From Candidatus Flemingiibacterium sp. (GTDB taxonomy: Bacteria > Bacillota > Clostridia > Oscillospirales > CAG-272): a stretch of DNA of 64,000 nucleotides. The DNA lies in assembly GCA_045579745.1 (NCBI GenBank), contig JAZNMQ010000020.1, forward strand, positions 4,108-68,107, in the 5' to 3' direction. Below the pieces are notes generated by a model. It was not told the DNA's origin. It did not search any database and was given only the letters and a program-made list of their open reading frames with translations. Every line of letters starts with the position of its first letter. Position 1 is the stretch's first letter. The position numbers and the translations under genes were made by a program. Positions 37,429 to 46,790 of the stretch are shown here, one piece after another.

Positions 37429-38387
37429 TTCAAAAAGCACGCCTTGATGAGCTAAACGCTATTATTGAAGATAATCTGACATTACTTGAAGCGGAAACTT
37501 TATCAGCATTCGAGCGTCGTTTTGTACAGCTTCGCGACCGTGCAGATATCATTTTCAGACGAGGTCAGATAATCGAAAACGAAAACAGAATCGACGATTT
37601 TTCTGCAATGTTCTCCAATGATATGGCTAATGGTAATATGCCTGATGAGTTTCAGGAATATTTCGAATCCGTCGTTGACACCCGTACCTTTTCCGACAAG
37701 CTGACGGTCTGCCGATTCCTGGCATCCGAATTCTCAAAACGCCAGCAGTCTGTTTTGACACAGCTTTTTACAAAAGATTCCGTAATTGAATCACCTCGCA
37801 TCGCATATTTCCAAAATGCCTACGCAGATGCGGCATTCCGTATTTTTTCCGAGGTTCTTGACACTCCGTCTGTAATCTACGCATCGGATTTTACATCCGT
37901 TTGCGAGGAGGTATATTATGGCCGTTCGGATATGTGTATGCTTCCTATGGACAGCTCGCGAGATGCAAAGCTTATAAGCTTCTATCGCCTCATTGACAAG
38001 TACGAGCTGAGCCCCGTGCTGTCATGCGATGTGATCTCTCCCGATGGAGAATTTACTACAAGATATGCGCTTTTGAAGCGTGCTATCAGCATTCCTACAG
38101 AGCAGCAGCTTAACAAATGCGATTCGTATCTGTTCGAATTTACAATTTTGCCTGACAACAGCACAGCACTTTGCGATGTGCTTGCAGCTGCGCGCGATTG
38201 CGGACTGACTCTGTACAAGGTCGATTCGCTTCCGCTTTCCTACAGCGACAGCGAATTTTCCTTCGACGTAATATTAAAGGTCGGAAAAATCGAGGAGCTT
38301 GAGGTCTTTTTACTCTTTTTATCGCTTGCGATACCGCAGTATGTTCCGCTCGGGCTTTATCCTCATATCAAATCGAGGGCTCGCTGA
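37425..38387 (+). CDS. divergent prephenate-dehydratase-like protein (PDT-like + ACT-like) with an N-terminal helical extension
   Basis: ATGA overlap with aroC. The region from RIAYFQNAYADAAF resembles a PDT domain. The C-terminal FEFTILPDNSTALCDVLAAARDCGLTLYKVDSLP resembles the ACT module, with ESRP replaced by DSLP. Confidence 0.45.
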   Translation: MIQKARLDELNAIIEDNLTLLEAETLSAFERRFVQLRDRADIIFRRGQIIENENRIDDFSAMFSNDMANGNMPDEFQEYFESVVDTRTFSDKLTVCRFLASEFSKRQQSVLTQLFTKDSVIESPRIAYFQNAYADAAFRIFSEVLDTPSVIYASDFTSVCEEVYYGRSDMCMLPMDSSRDAKLISFYRLIDKYELSPVLSCDVISPDGEFTTRYALLKRAISIPTEQQLNKCDSYLFEFTILPDNSTALCDVLAAARDCGLTLYKVDSLPLSYSDSEFSFDVILKVGKIEELEVFLLFLSLAIPQYVPLGLYPHIKSRAR

Positions 38388-39070
38388 TGTCAGATTACAC
38401 ACAGTTTTTGCGTGCGCTAAGACGTGAGCCGGGACGTCCTACATTATTTGAGCCGTATCCGTCAAGGGCTATCGCGACTCAGCTTATCTGGCGCAGGGGC
38501 GAACATCTTTGGGCAACACCCACCTCAAGAGCTGCCACACTTATTGAGCTGTATGCATACATAAAATCCGATGTAGCTATAATAAATGCGGATATAGAAA
38601 ACATCAACGAGATTTTATCATGCTCGCACATGCTCCCAAGCGGAATGAAATTCGTCATCGATTCCGCCGATGCCGAAGCATTGAAGATTGCCGACTGCGA
38701 TGACTCGGTCTGCGCACTTGCAAGCTCTGAGCATCTGCTTGGAAGCATTTTTAACAAGCCGCTTATCTATATCGCAAAGCACGATATTGACATCGAAGCC
38801 GCGATTGAGCGAGGTGCCGCAGGAGCTTATATTCCGCGTGGTGTAGAGGAGCTTTGGGAAAAGTATTCCTCGAAAATCGCGCTTTTAGGAGGGCTTGGTG
38901 CAGAGGGCATCAACAACAGCGAGCCGCTGGATATTCACAATCGTATAAGAGCTCTCCACGACATGACAAACGGTGCCGCCTATTCTATCGGAAGCGGCTT
39001 TTTCGATGGCGATACGGTTGAATATCTCGGCTTCATTTCAATGCTTGGAATATACCAGAAATTAATGTGA
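38387..39070 (+). CDS. hypothetical protein
   Basis: TGATG overlap with the upstream gene. 227 aa. No motif recognised with confidence. Confidence 0.5.
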   Translation: MSDYTQFLRALRREPGRPTLFEPYPSRAIATQLIWRRGEHLWATPTSRAATLIELYAYIKSDVAIINADIENINEILSCSHMLPSGMKFVIDSADAEALKIADCDDSVCALASSEHLLGSIFNKPLIYIAKHDIDIEAAIERGAAGAYIPRGVEELWEKYSSKIALLGGLGAEGINNSEPLDIHNRIRALHDMTNGAAYSIGSGFFDGDTVEYLGFISMLGIYQKLM

Positions 39071-39086
39071 TCAAGGAGAAATTATA

Positions 39087-39347
39087 ATGAGCAAAACAAT
39101 ATCCTACCGCACTACGGGAACCTGCTCTCAGCAAATCGATATTACGGTCAACGGAGATACCGTTGAAAGCGTCAAATTTGTCGGCGGATGCTCGGGCAAC
39201 ACTCAGGGCGTTGCCGCACTCGTTTCGGGAATGAAGATCGATGACGCTATTACAAGGCTCAAGGGTATAAAGTGCGGATTTAAATCCACATCCTGCCCCG
39301 ACCAGCTTGCATGTGCACTCGAAAAGCTGAAATCCGAAAACGACTGA
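39087..39347 (+). CDS. TSCPD-domain protein (TIGR03905-like)
   Basis: AAGGAGA RBS. Motif GFKSTSCPDQLACALEKL and an earlier GGCSGN. Confidence 0.75.
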   Translation: MSKTISYRTTGTCSQQIDITVNGDTVESVKFVGGCSGNTQGVAALVSGMKIDDAITRLKGIKCGFKSTSCPDQLACALEKLKSEND

Positions 39348-39355
39348 TATTTGAT

Positions 39356-39433
39356 TTAAGGAAGCACCGCACAATCCACGTCTGACGCATTGAGGCGCAT
39401 CTGCGCTATCAGAATCATGAGTAACTGCCTTAA
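39356..39433 (+). repeat. copy A of an ~80-nt structured intergenic element
   Basis: TTAAGGAAGCACCGCACAATCCACGTCTGACGCATTGAGGCGCATCTGCGCTATCAGAATCATGAGTAACTGCCTTAA. By eye it is roughly four-fifths identical to 60798-60876. Confidence 0.7.
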
Positions 39434-39527
39434 GTGTGCGAAAATTGAGCACCGATATTACTGCACCTAAAAATCAAGTCAAATTCGTGAGGAAGGAAGG
39501 CTTGCAACTGCAAGTCAAGGTTAAAAA

Positions 39528-41246
39528 ATGACCTACAGAGAAAATTATGAGCGTTGGCTGAACAGCGATAAGGTGGACGAAGCTACAAAATCCGAGCTTC
39601 GCGGAATCGCGTCAGACGACGAGGAGATCAAGTTCCGTTTTATCAAGGACCTGGAGTTTGGCACCGCAGGACTCAGAGGAACGATGGTCGCAGGCACCAA
39701 TGCGATGAATGTCTACACCGTCGCCCACGCAACGCAGGGTTTTGCAGACCTGATAAATAAAGAGGGAAAAGCTTCACGCGGCGTCGCAATATCCTACGAC
39801 TCGCGCAACAATTCCGAGCTGTTTGCGAAAACCGCCGCTTGTGTGCTCGCATCAAACGGCATAAAGGTCATGCTGTTCAGAGGCGTTCGCCCGACACCCG
39901 TGCTGTCCTTTGCAATTCGCGAGCTTCGGGCAATTGCAGGAATAAATATTACCGCATCGCACAACCCAAAGCAGTACAACGGCTACAAAGCCTATTGGGA
40001 GGACGGAGCTCAGCTCTCCCCCGATCATGCCGCCACTGTTTCTGAGTTCATCGACGCGGCTGACATTTTCGACGAGGTCAGAACGATGGACTTCGATACG
40101 GCTGTCAGCGAGGGCTTAATCGAGTTTATTCCCGATTCCATCGACGAAAAGTACCTTGCTAATGTACTTGCGGAAGCTGTAAATCCCGATATTGTCGCAA
40201 AGGCGGCTGACGAGCTTCAAATCGTTTATACGCCTCTCCACGGCGCAGGCTATAAGCTCGTTCCTGAGATCATGCGCCGTTTGGGAATCAAGCATATCGC
40301 AACAGTTGACGAGCAGATGGTGCTTGACGGCAATTTCCCGACAGCAAGCTTCCCGAATCCCGAGATACCCGATGTATTCAAGCTCGGTATAGAGCTTGCG
40401 AAAAAGGTCGGAAGCGACCTGATCGTGGCTACCGACCCTGATGCAGACCGCGTCGGAGTTATGTCGCGTGACAAAAACGGTGATTTCAAGAATTTGACCG
40501 GCAATCAGGTCGGCGCACTTCTCCTTGACTACATCATTACCGCAAACGAGTCAAAGGGAATGCCCGAGAATCCCTATGCTATCAAGACCATCGTTACCAC
40601 CGAAATGATTACGAAAATCTGCAAGGTGCATAACGTTCGCCTGTTCAATGTTCTGACGGGCTTCAAATTCATCGGAGAAGTCATCAAAAAGAATGAGGCA
40701 TCGGGTCACAACACCTATCTTTTCGGCTTCGAGGAGAGCTATGGCTACCTGAAGGGCACTTATGCGCGCGACAAGGATGCTGTGGTTGCGTCCATGCTCA
40801 TTTGCGAAATGGCGGCTTACTATGCAACCAAGAACATGACTCTTTGCGACGCGCTTCAATCTCTGTACGAGCGCTACGGCTACTACTGCGAGGGCGTTGC
40901 GAATATCTATATGGAAGGTCTTGACGGCATCGAAAAGATGACAAGGCTGATGGACGAGCTTCGGGAAAATCCTCCATCAGAGCTTGCGGGATACCGCGTT
41001 ATTGAACGCCGCGACTATTTAAAGGACACCGTTCTCGATATTGAAACGGGAAAGGTCACATCTACGGGACTTTCGAAATCGAATGTGCTTTACTTCAAAA
41101 CCGAAGCAAATGATGTTATTGTCATTCGTCCCTCCGGCACAGAGCCCAAAATCAAGACCTACATTCTCGCATACGATGAAACGTATGAAAAGGTAAACGA
41201 AAAGATTGCCGCTTACAGCAGGGTAACCGATTCATGGGTAAAATAA
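39528..41246 (+). CDS. phosphoglucomutase/phosphomannomutase family protein
   Basis: Active-site TASHNP, metal loop TDPDADR, 572 aa. Confidence 0.9.
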   Translation: MTYRENYERWLNSDKVDEATKSELRGIASDDEEIKFRFIKDLEFGTAGLRGTMVAGTNAMNVYTVAHATQGFADLINKEGKASRGVAISYDSRNNSELFAKTAACVLASNGIKVMLFRGVRPTPVLSFAIRELRAIAGINITASHNPKQYNGYKAYWEDGAQLSPDHAATVSEFIDAADIFDEVRTMDFDTAVSEGLIEFIPDSIDEKYLANVLAEAVNPDIVAKAADELQIVYTPLHGAGYKLVPEIMRRLGIKHIATVDEQMVLDGNFPTASFPNPEIPDVFKLGIELAKKVGSDLIVATDPDADRVGVMSRDKNGDFKNLTGNQVGALLLDYIITANESKGMPENPYAIKTIVTTEMITKICKVHNVRLFNVLTGFKFIGEVIKKNEASGHNTYLFGFEESYGYLKGTYARDKDAVVASMLICEMAAYYATKNMTLCDALQSLYERYGYYCEGVANIYMEGLDGIEKMTRLMDELRENPPSELAGYRVIERRDYLKDTVLDIETGKVTSTGLSKSNVLYFKTEANDVIVIRPSGTEPKIKTYILAYDETYEKVNEKIAAYSRVTDSWVK

Positions 41247-41269
41247 TATATAAATTATCAGAAAAGCTA

Positions 41270-41298
41270 TTGACTATTGATTTGTGAATTGCTATAAT
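41270..41298 (+). promoter_or_regulatory. sigma-A-type promoter for the ADP-ribosylglycohydrolase gene
   Basis: TTGACT 41270-41275, a 17-nt spacer, TATAAT 41293-41298. Confidence 0.6.
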
Positions 41299-41329
41299 GA
41301 AAACAATCAAATTTATGGAGGAAAATATT

Positions 41330-42709
41330 ATGTCTGCAAAAAAACTTACTCCCGATTATCAATATTTGCAAAATTCATCCTTTGGCTGGGATTTGTCGTC
41401 CAACGCAATCATGAGCGAATACAGACACTGCGTTGAAGAAGGCAAGGATGTTGAAAAATACAAGGGCCTTTTCGAGGCTGTAAACCAGCTTCCTGCCGAT
41501 GAGAACAAGGAGCGCATTTCTGACGTGATTTTCGAAATGATGTACGAAATGCCTATTCGCGAGGACTATGCTTATGTTGAGCCGTCCGACCTTGAGGGCA
41601 TTCGCGCATGCCGTCCCGCAAAGCGCCCCGGATTTGGCAAGCCCGATAACGAAAAGCTTAAGAAGCAGCTTCTCGGCGCATGGCTCGGCCGTACCTGCGG
41701 CTGCATGCTCGGCAAGACTGTTGAGGGCATAAAGACCCCCGACCTCACATATGTACTTAAATCAACCGACAACTACCCGATGCACCGCTACATCCTTTCA
41801 ACGGATATCACCGAGGAGATTCAGGCAAACTGCAAATTCAACTTCCGTTGGCGTTGCTTTGCAGATAAGCTTGACGGCTGTGCTCCGGTTGATGATGATA
41901 CAAACTACACTGTTCTCGGAAAGGTTATTATTGACAAATACGGCGTTGACTTCACTCCGAAGAATGTTGCAGACGCTTGGGTTGAATTTCAGTCCAAGAA
42001 CGCTTACTGCACAGCTGAACGCGTTGCTTTCCGCAACTTCGTTACAGGCTACTATCCGCCGGTATCTGCAGTTTACAAGAATCCTTACCGTGAGTGGATC
42101 GGTGCGCAGATTCGTGCAGACTATTTCGGCTACATCAATCCGGGTAATCCCGAGCTTGCAGCTGATATGGCATGGCGCGATGCTTCCATCTCCCATGTAA
42201 AGAACGGTATCTACGGTGAAATGTTTGTTGCCGCTATGCTCGCGGCTGCAGCTGTATGCGACGATATGGTTGAGATTATCGAAGCAGGTCTTGGACAGAT
42301 CCCCGAAAAGTGCCGTCTTACCGAGCGTATTCGCGAGCTTCTCGATATGTACGCAAACGGTGCTTCCAAGGATGAGGAGTTCAAGCGTATTCATGAGCTC
42401 TATGACGAATTCGACGGCCACGACTGGTGCCACACCATTTCGAATGCAATGATCGTTGTTGCTTCCCTCCTCTGGGGCAAGGGCGACTACTCCGAGTCTA
42501 TCTGCATGTCTGTTGAAACAGGCTTCGACACAGACTGCAACGGAGCTACTGTCGGTTCTATCCTCGGAATGCGTGATACCGATGCAACTGTTGATGAAAA
42601 GTGGACAGCTCCGATCAACGGACGCCTTGCTACTTCCATCTTCGGCGTTGGTACAGTTGAGCTTGCTGACATGGCTGAAAAAACCTACAAGGTTGCTACA
42701 AGAGAATAA
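41330..42709 (+). CDS. ADP-ribosylglycohydrolase family protein
   Basis: ORF 41297-42709, start at ATG 41330 after GGAGGA (the 41297 ATG lies inside the -10 box). Motifs VDDDTNYT and GFDTDCNGATVGSILG. Confidence 0.75.
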   Translation: MSAKKLTPDYQYLQNSSFGWDLSSNAIMSEYRHCVEEGKDVEKYKGLFEAVNQLPADENKERISDVIFEMMYEMPIREDYAYVEPSDLEGIRACRPAKRPGFGKPDNEKLKKQLLGAWLGRTCGCMLGKTVEGIKTPDLTYVLKSTDNYPMHRYILSTDITEEIQANCKFNFRWRCFADKLDGCAPVDDDTNYTVLGKVIIDKYGVDFTPKNVADAWVEFQSKNAYCTAERVAFRNFVTGYYPPVSAVYKNPYREWIGAQIRADYFGYINPGNPELAADMAWRDASISHVKNGIYGEMFVAAMLAAAAVCDDMVEIIEAGLGQIPEKCRLTERIRELLDMYANGASKDEEFKRIHELYDEFDGHDWCHTISNAMIVVASLLWGKGDYSESICMSVETGFDTDCNGATVGSILGMRDTDATVDEKWTAPINGRLATSIFGVGTVELADMAEKTYKVATRE

Positions 42710-42796
42710 ATATTACAATTGCGGCATGGGATTTGTTCCCATGCCGCTACTTATATAAAAAGAAAAACCTCTCTTGCTATTGCAAAAGAGGTTTAC

Positions 42797-42874
42797 TGGG
42801 GTGAATGAAGGGGGTCGAACCCTCGACCTCCAGGGCCACAACCTGGCGCTCTAACCAACTGAGCTACATCCACC
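42797..42874 (-). tRNA. trnH: tRNA-His (anticodon GTG)
   Basis: The reverse complement reads GGTGGATGTAGCTCAGTTGGTTAGAGCGCCAGGTTGTGGCCCTGGAGGTCGAGGGTTCGACCCCCTTCATTCACCCCA. It has the extra 5-prime G(-1) typical of tRNA-His. Anticodon loop TTGTGGC. Confidence 0.9.
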
Positions 42875-42887
42875 ATATGGCTTGTAT

Positions 42888-42964
<77 letters not shown>

Positions 42965-43285
42965 ATTGCTCAATCAACATACGATATTATACACTATATA
43001 AAATCGTTTGTCAAGGGGTTTTATAAAAAATATGCGAAATAATTAGCCCTTCATTGAGCAAAGCCGGCTCATCTAAGGCGGTGCTTTTGCATTTTCTCTA
43101 TAGAATTGACACTATATTTCCACAAATGTATTCCTTTGCTTGGATATGGGAATAATACAGCTTAGATATACGCCTTATATAAAGCACATTCACCGTCCAG
43201 ATTGCAAATTATCAACATTTTTCGGATATTTGTTTGAATGTAATTGTAATATTACAACAAATCAAAGTTTTATGCTAAAAATCTC

Positions 43286-43314
43286 TTGACAAAACGGGCA
43301 TCCCATGGTATACT
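43286..43314 (+). promoter_or_regulatory. sigma-A-type promoter of the ylxM-ffh-rpsP operon
   Basis: TTGACA 43286-43291, a 17-nt spacer, extended -10 TGgTATACT 43306-43314. Confidence 0.65.
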
Positions 43315-43357
43315 TGTAAAGTGATTTGCTTTACAGACCCCTTATCACTTAAATGAG

Positions 43358-43717
43358 GTGACCGCTTTGCATGAGAAGGATTTAGAAATCGGCTTGCTCC
43401 TTGATTTTTACGGAGAGCTGTTAAGCGACAGCCGTCGTGAAGCGGCAGAGCTTTATTACAACAATGACCTTTCACTTGCTGAGATCGCCGAGAACATCGG
43501 CATCACCCGTCAAGGCGTGCGCGACAGCATCACCAAGGCGCGCGAGCAGGTTATCTCGTTTGAAGCGAAGCTCGGTCTTGCGGCAAAGTTCAGAGCTATT
43601 GAAAATACGCTTCATGAAATTATTCCTCAGCTTGAGAGGCTACGCGAATCGGCAGATGCAGATACACGCGCAGCTCTTGATGAGATAATTAAAAAAGTCA
43701 GCACGATTTCAATATAA
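43358..43717 (+). CDS. ylxM: YlxM/p13-family putative DNA-binding protein (UPF0122)
   Basis: LLDFYGELLSDSRREAAELYYNNDLSLAEIAENIGITRQGVRD. The start is GTG 43358 or TTG 43367 (SD GAGGTG at 43356-43361). Confidence 0.8.
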   Translation: MTALHEKDLEIGLLLDFYGELLSDSRREAAELYYNNDLSLAEIAENIGITRQGVRDSITKAREQVISFEAKLGLAAKFRAIENTLHEIIPQLERLRESADADTRAALDEIIKKVSTISI

Positions 43718-43739
43718 ATGATTCACACGGAGGGTTTCG

Positions 43740-45080
43740 ATGTTTCAAAGCTTAGTCGATAAAATGTCGGAAGCTTTCAAAAAATTCAAGAACAAAGGAA
43801 AGCTAACCGAGGCAGACGTCAAAGCAGGCATGCGCGAAATAAAGCTTGCACTTCTTGAAGCGGATGTCAACTACAAGGTCGTTAAAGACTTTATAAAAAT
43901 AGTTACAGAGGGCGCGGTCGGCGCCGAGGTTCTCGAAAGCCTGATGCCGGCACAGCAGGTCGTAAAGATTGTAAACGAGGAGCTTTGTGCTCTGATGGGC
44001 GGCTCGCAGGCAAAGCTTAACATTTCATCAAGACCGCCTACGGTTGTTATGATGGTTGGCTTGCAGGGTGCGGGTAAAACTACTCACGCAGGCAAGCTCG
44101 CCGGAATGTATAAAAAGCAAAGCAAACGCCCTCTACTCGTCGCATGTGACGTATACCGTCCGGCGGCAATAAAGCAGCTTGAGGTCGTTGGAGGTCAGCT
44201 TGATATACCGGTATTCCAGATGGGAGATACTGCTAAGCCTGCCGAAATCGCAAAAGCCGGAATCGAGCACGCTATCAAGCATGGCCATGACATGGTATTC
44301 ATCGATACCGCAGGCCGACTTCATATAGATGAAGTTCTTATGAATGAGCTTGCTGATATCAAATCCGCGGTCAATCCTGCAGAAATCCTGCTCGTAGTTG
44401 ATGCTATGACGGGTCAGGATGCAGTCAATGTTGCACAGTCGTTTAACGATCTGCTCGATATTACGGGCGTTATTCTGACAAAGCTTGACGGTGATACACG
44501 AGGCGGTGCGGCATTATCCGTTCGCCACATTACGGGCAAGCCGATAAAATTTGTCGGTATGGGTGAAAAGCTCGACATGATCGAGCCGTTCTATCCCGAC
44601 AGAATGGCATCCCGAATCCTTGGAATGGGCGATGTACTCTCGCTTATCGAAAAAGCTCAGCAGAGCTTTGACGACAAGCAAGCGGCTGAGCTTGAGCGCA
44701 AAATGCGTGAGCAAACCTTTACTCTGACTGATTTTCTTGAACAGTTCAAGCAGGTTCGCGGAATGGGCTCGCTCGACCAGATCATGGGAATGATTCCCGG
44801 AGTTAATACCAATGCACTAAGGGATGTCAAAATAGATGAGCGTCAGCTTGACCGAGTCGAAGCAATTATTCTTTCAATGACTCCCGAAGAGCGCGATAAG
44901 CCGGATATCATCAGCGCTTCCCGCAAGCGAAGGATCGCAATGGGAAGCGGAATGAAGGTTGAAGATGTCAACCGACTCTTAAAGCAGTATGACCAGATGC
45001 GTCAGATGATGAAAAAATTCGCCTCAATGACAGGCGGAAAACGCTTCGGCAAACGAAATAAGATGAAATTCCCATTTTAG
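43740..45080 (+). CDS. ffh: signal recognition particle protein Ffh
   Basis: GLQGAGKTT, DTAGR and TKLDGD GTPase motifs plus a Met-rich C-terminal M domain. Confidence 0.95.
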   Translation: MFQSLVDKMSEAFKKFKNKGKLTEADVKAGMREIKLALLEADVNYKVVKDFIKIVTEGAVGAEVLESLMPAQQVVKIVNEELCALMGGSQAKLNISSRPPTVVMMVGLQGAGKTTHAGKLAGMYKKQSKRPLLVACDVYRPAAIKQLEVVGGQLDIPVFQMGDTAKPAEIAKAGIEHAIKHGHDMVFIDTAGRLHIDEVLMNELADIKSAVNPAEILLVVDAMTGQDAVNVAQSFNDLLDITGVILTKLDGDTRGGAALSVRHITGKPIKFVGMGEKLDMIEPFYPDRMASRILGMGDVLSLIEKAQQSFDDKQAAELERKMREQTFTLTDFLEQFKQVRGMGSLDQIMGMIPGVNTNALRDVKIDERQLDRVEAIILSMTPEERDKPDIISASRKRRIAMGSGMKVEDVNRLLKQYDQMRQMMKKFASMTGGKRFGKRNKMKFPF

Positions 45081-45131
45081 TGGATTTCAAATAAATAACA
45101 TTATTAATAAATTTTTCGGAGGAAAATTAAA

Positions 45132-45377
45132 ATGGCAGTAAAACTCAGACTTACAAGAATGGGCGCAAAGAAAGCTCCCTTCTACCGCGTTGTTGTTGCA
45201 GATTCCCGTTATCCCCGTGATGGCCGTTTCATCGAAGTTATCGGTACTTACAACCCCATGACCGAGCCGGCTGAAATCAAGATCGATGCAGAGAAAGCTC
45301 AGACTTGGATCAAGAACGGCGCTCAGCCCACCGAGACTGTTAAGGCTCTCCTTAAGAAGTCCGGCGCTATTGAATAA
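45132..45377 (+). CDS. rpsP: 30S ribosomal protein S16
   Basis: [26 protein letters not shown]. Confidence 0.95.
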   Translation: MAVKLRLTRMGAKKAPFYRVVVADSRYPRDGRFIEVIGTYNPMTEPAEIKIDAEKAQTWIKNGAQPTETVKALLKKSGAIE

Positions 45378-45386
45378 TCAATACTC

Positions 45387-45623
45387 ATGATTGTTCTCAA
45401 GAATATTCTTATCGACATAGCCAAAGCCATTGTTGACGAGCCTGATAAGGTTGAGGTCATCGAAACATCTGAGGGCGACAATATAACCTTTGAGCTTCAT
45501 GTTGCCGAGGATGATATGGGCAAAGTAATCGGCAGACACGGTAAGATTGCAAAATCCATCCGTCTTGTTATGAAAGCCGCTGCGAACTCTGTTGGCAAGC
45601 GTGTTTCAGTCGAAATAAGATAA
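45387..45623 (+). CDS. KH-domain RNA-binding protein (YlqC-like)
   Basis: GKVIGRHGKIAKSIR (GxxG KH motif). Conserved position after rpsP. Confidence 0.85.
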   Translation: MIVLKNILIDIAKAIVDEPDKVEVIETSEGDNITFELHVAEDDMGKVIGRHGKIAKSIRLVMKAAANSVGKRVSVEIR

Positions 45624-45630
45624 AACGAAT

Positions 45631-45662
45631 AGGCTGTTGCTTTGATGCAACAGCCTGTTTTT
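45631..45662. terminator. bidirectional intrinsic terminator
   Basis: AGGCTGTTGC / GCAACAGCCT hairpin followed by GTTTTT. It sits between the convergent KH and barstar genes. Confidence 0.8.
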
Positions 45663-45672
45663 GTTTGTATTA

Positions 45673-45948
45673 CTAATCCTCGATTATCAAATCGAATACT
45701 CCATCCTGCGAAATATCGCGAAAAACCTCAATAATCCGTTCTGCATAATCGCCGAGCATTTCCCTCGCCTTATCGATATTTTTTAGCACGATTACAGTGC
45801 CTTTTTCCACCTCTGAAAGGCAATCGGCAAGCGCATCGAGATTTTTGCCGTAGTACATCGGAAAATCGAGCGCCTGCGAAATGTATTCATGTGCTGTGGT
45901 TTTCGAGGTCATCCTTTCGCAGTCAAAAACAATTATCTTCAAGATCAT
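45673..45948 (-). CDS. barstar-family ribonuclease inhibitor
   Basis: Motif YYGKNLDALADCL. 91 aa. ATGA overlap with the upstream RNase gene. Confidence 0.8.
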   Translation of the reverse strand: MILKIIVFDCERMTSKTTAHEYISQALDFPMYYGKNLDALADCLSEVEKGTVIVLKNIDKAREMLGDYAERIIEVFRDISQDGVFDLIIED

Positions 45949-46547
45949 TCCTCCCCATAAAGAAGTGTAAACGATTCGTAATGGTCATCCGTGTAGTAAA
46001 TCAGCCCATCGTTCGAAAACACGATTCGCTTTGCTCCGCGAGAGGAAGCACCGAGTGTATCTATATCGCATTCCTTGTAAACTCTACCGTTTTTCCTTGG
46101 CAAAAGCCCCTCGTAGTTTCCAAAGGTATCGCCTCCTATGGCGCAGCCCTTGGCGTATTTTTCAACCGAACCGCCTTCCCAGCCAAGACTTTCCGCCTCT
46201 TTTTTCGTTATGAAGTTTGACGGAAGCTTTGAGTATGTATGAATATATAGCGCGACATCATCTTTACTATAGTATTTTCCGTTTTCATCAATTGGCTTTT
46301 CCGTCGTATCAGTCGGTGGAGCTTGTGACGGTTGAGAGCCCAATTGCGCAGAATCATCGCCTCCGCCCGTAAAGGCGTCGGAGTCGGTTTTCGTCGCCTC
46401 ATCAAGCAGCTCGAGAACATCGCCTGCAACATCTATAGCATCTTTGACATCGGACAATTCGCATCCGATACACATGAACGCCATAACCGCGCAAAGCAAA
46501 AGCGCAGTTGGACGGGCAAATCGCCTGAGTATTGAAAACAACTTCAT
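45945..46547 (-). CDS. secreted barnase-like (microbial N1/T1-type) ribonuclease, lipoprotein
   Basis: ORF 45945-46559 (GTG). I prefer ATG 46547. Lipobox FMCIGC. C-terminal domain LPSNFITKKEAESLGW...GGDTFGNYEGLLP...YKECDI...RGAKRIVFSNDGLIYYTDDHYESF. Confidence 0.8.
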   Translation of the reverse strand: MKLFSILRRFARPTALLLCAVMAFMCIGCELSDVKDAIDVAGDVLELLDEATKTDSDAFTGGGDDSAQLGSQPSQAPPTDTTEKPIDENGKYYSKDDVALYIHTYSKLPSNFITKKEAESLGWEGGSVEKYAKGCAIGGDTFGNYEGLLPRKNGRVYKECDIDTLGASSRGAKRIVFSNDGLIYYTDDHYESFTLLYGEE

Positions 46548-46761
46548 AATAAAAATCACAACCTTCGCACAGCGAGGGGTTCCTTTCCGTAGAATTGGGC
46601 TGAGCGATATACGCCTACATTTAACCGTCAGAAATTTTTAACTTTAATCTCATTTATTTTAAATGATTTCGTTTCGCTCATAACCATACTAAAAGCATTA
46701 TTCAACATGTACATTATAACCTCATTATGCGATAAATTCAAGTGCGAAATTGTAAAATCTA

Positions 46762-46790
46762 TTGCAATTTTTGTTATTATAGTGTATAAT
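46762..46790 (+). promoter_or_regulatory. sigma-A-type promoter with a ~200-nt structured leader upstream of the AraC gene
   Basis: TTGCAA 46762-46767, a 17-nt spacer, TATAAT 46785-46790. The ATG is at 46995. Confidence 0.55.

Noticed and set aside
39033-39452. 139-aa minus-strand ORF spanning the TSCPD gene and repeat copy A.
   Set aside because: It overlaps a well-supported plus-strand gene and the structured element, and it has no RBS or motifs.
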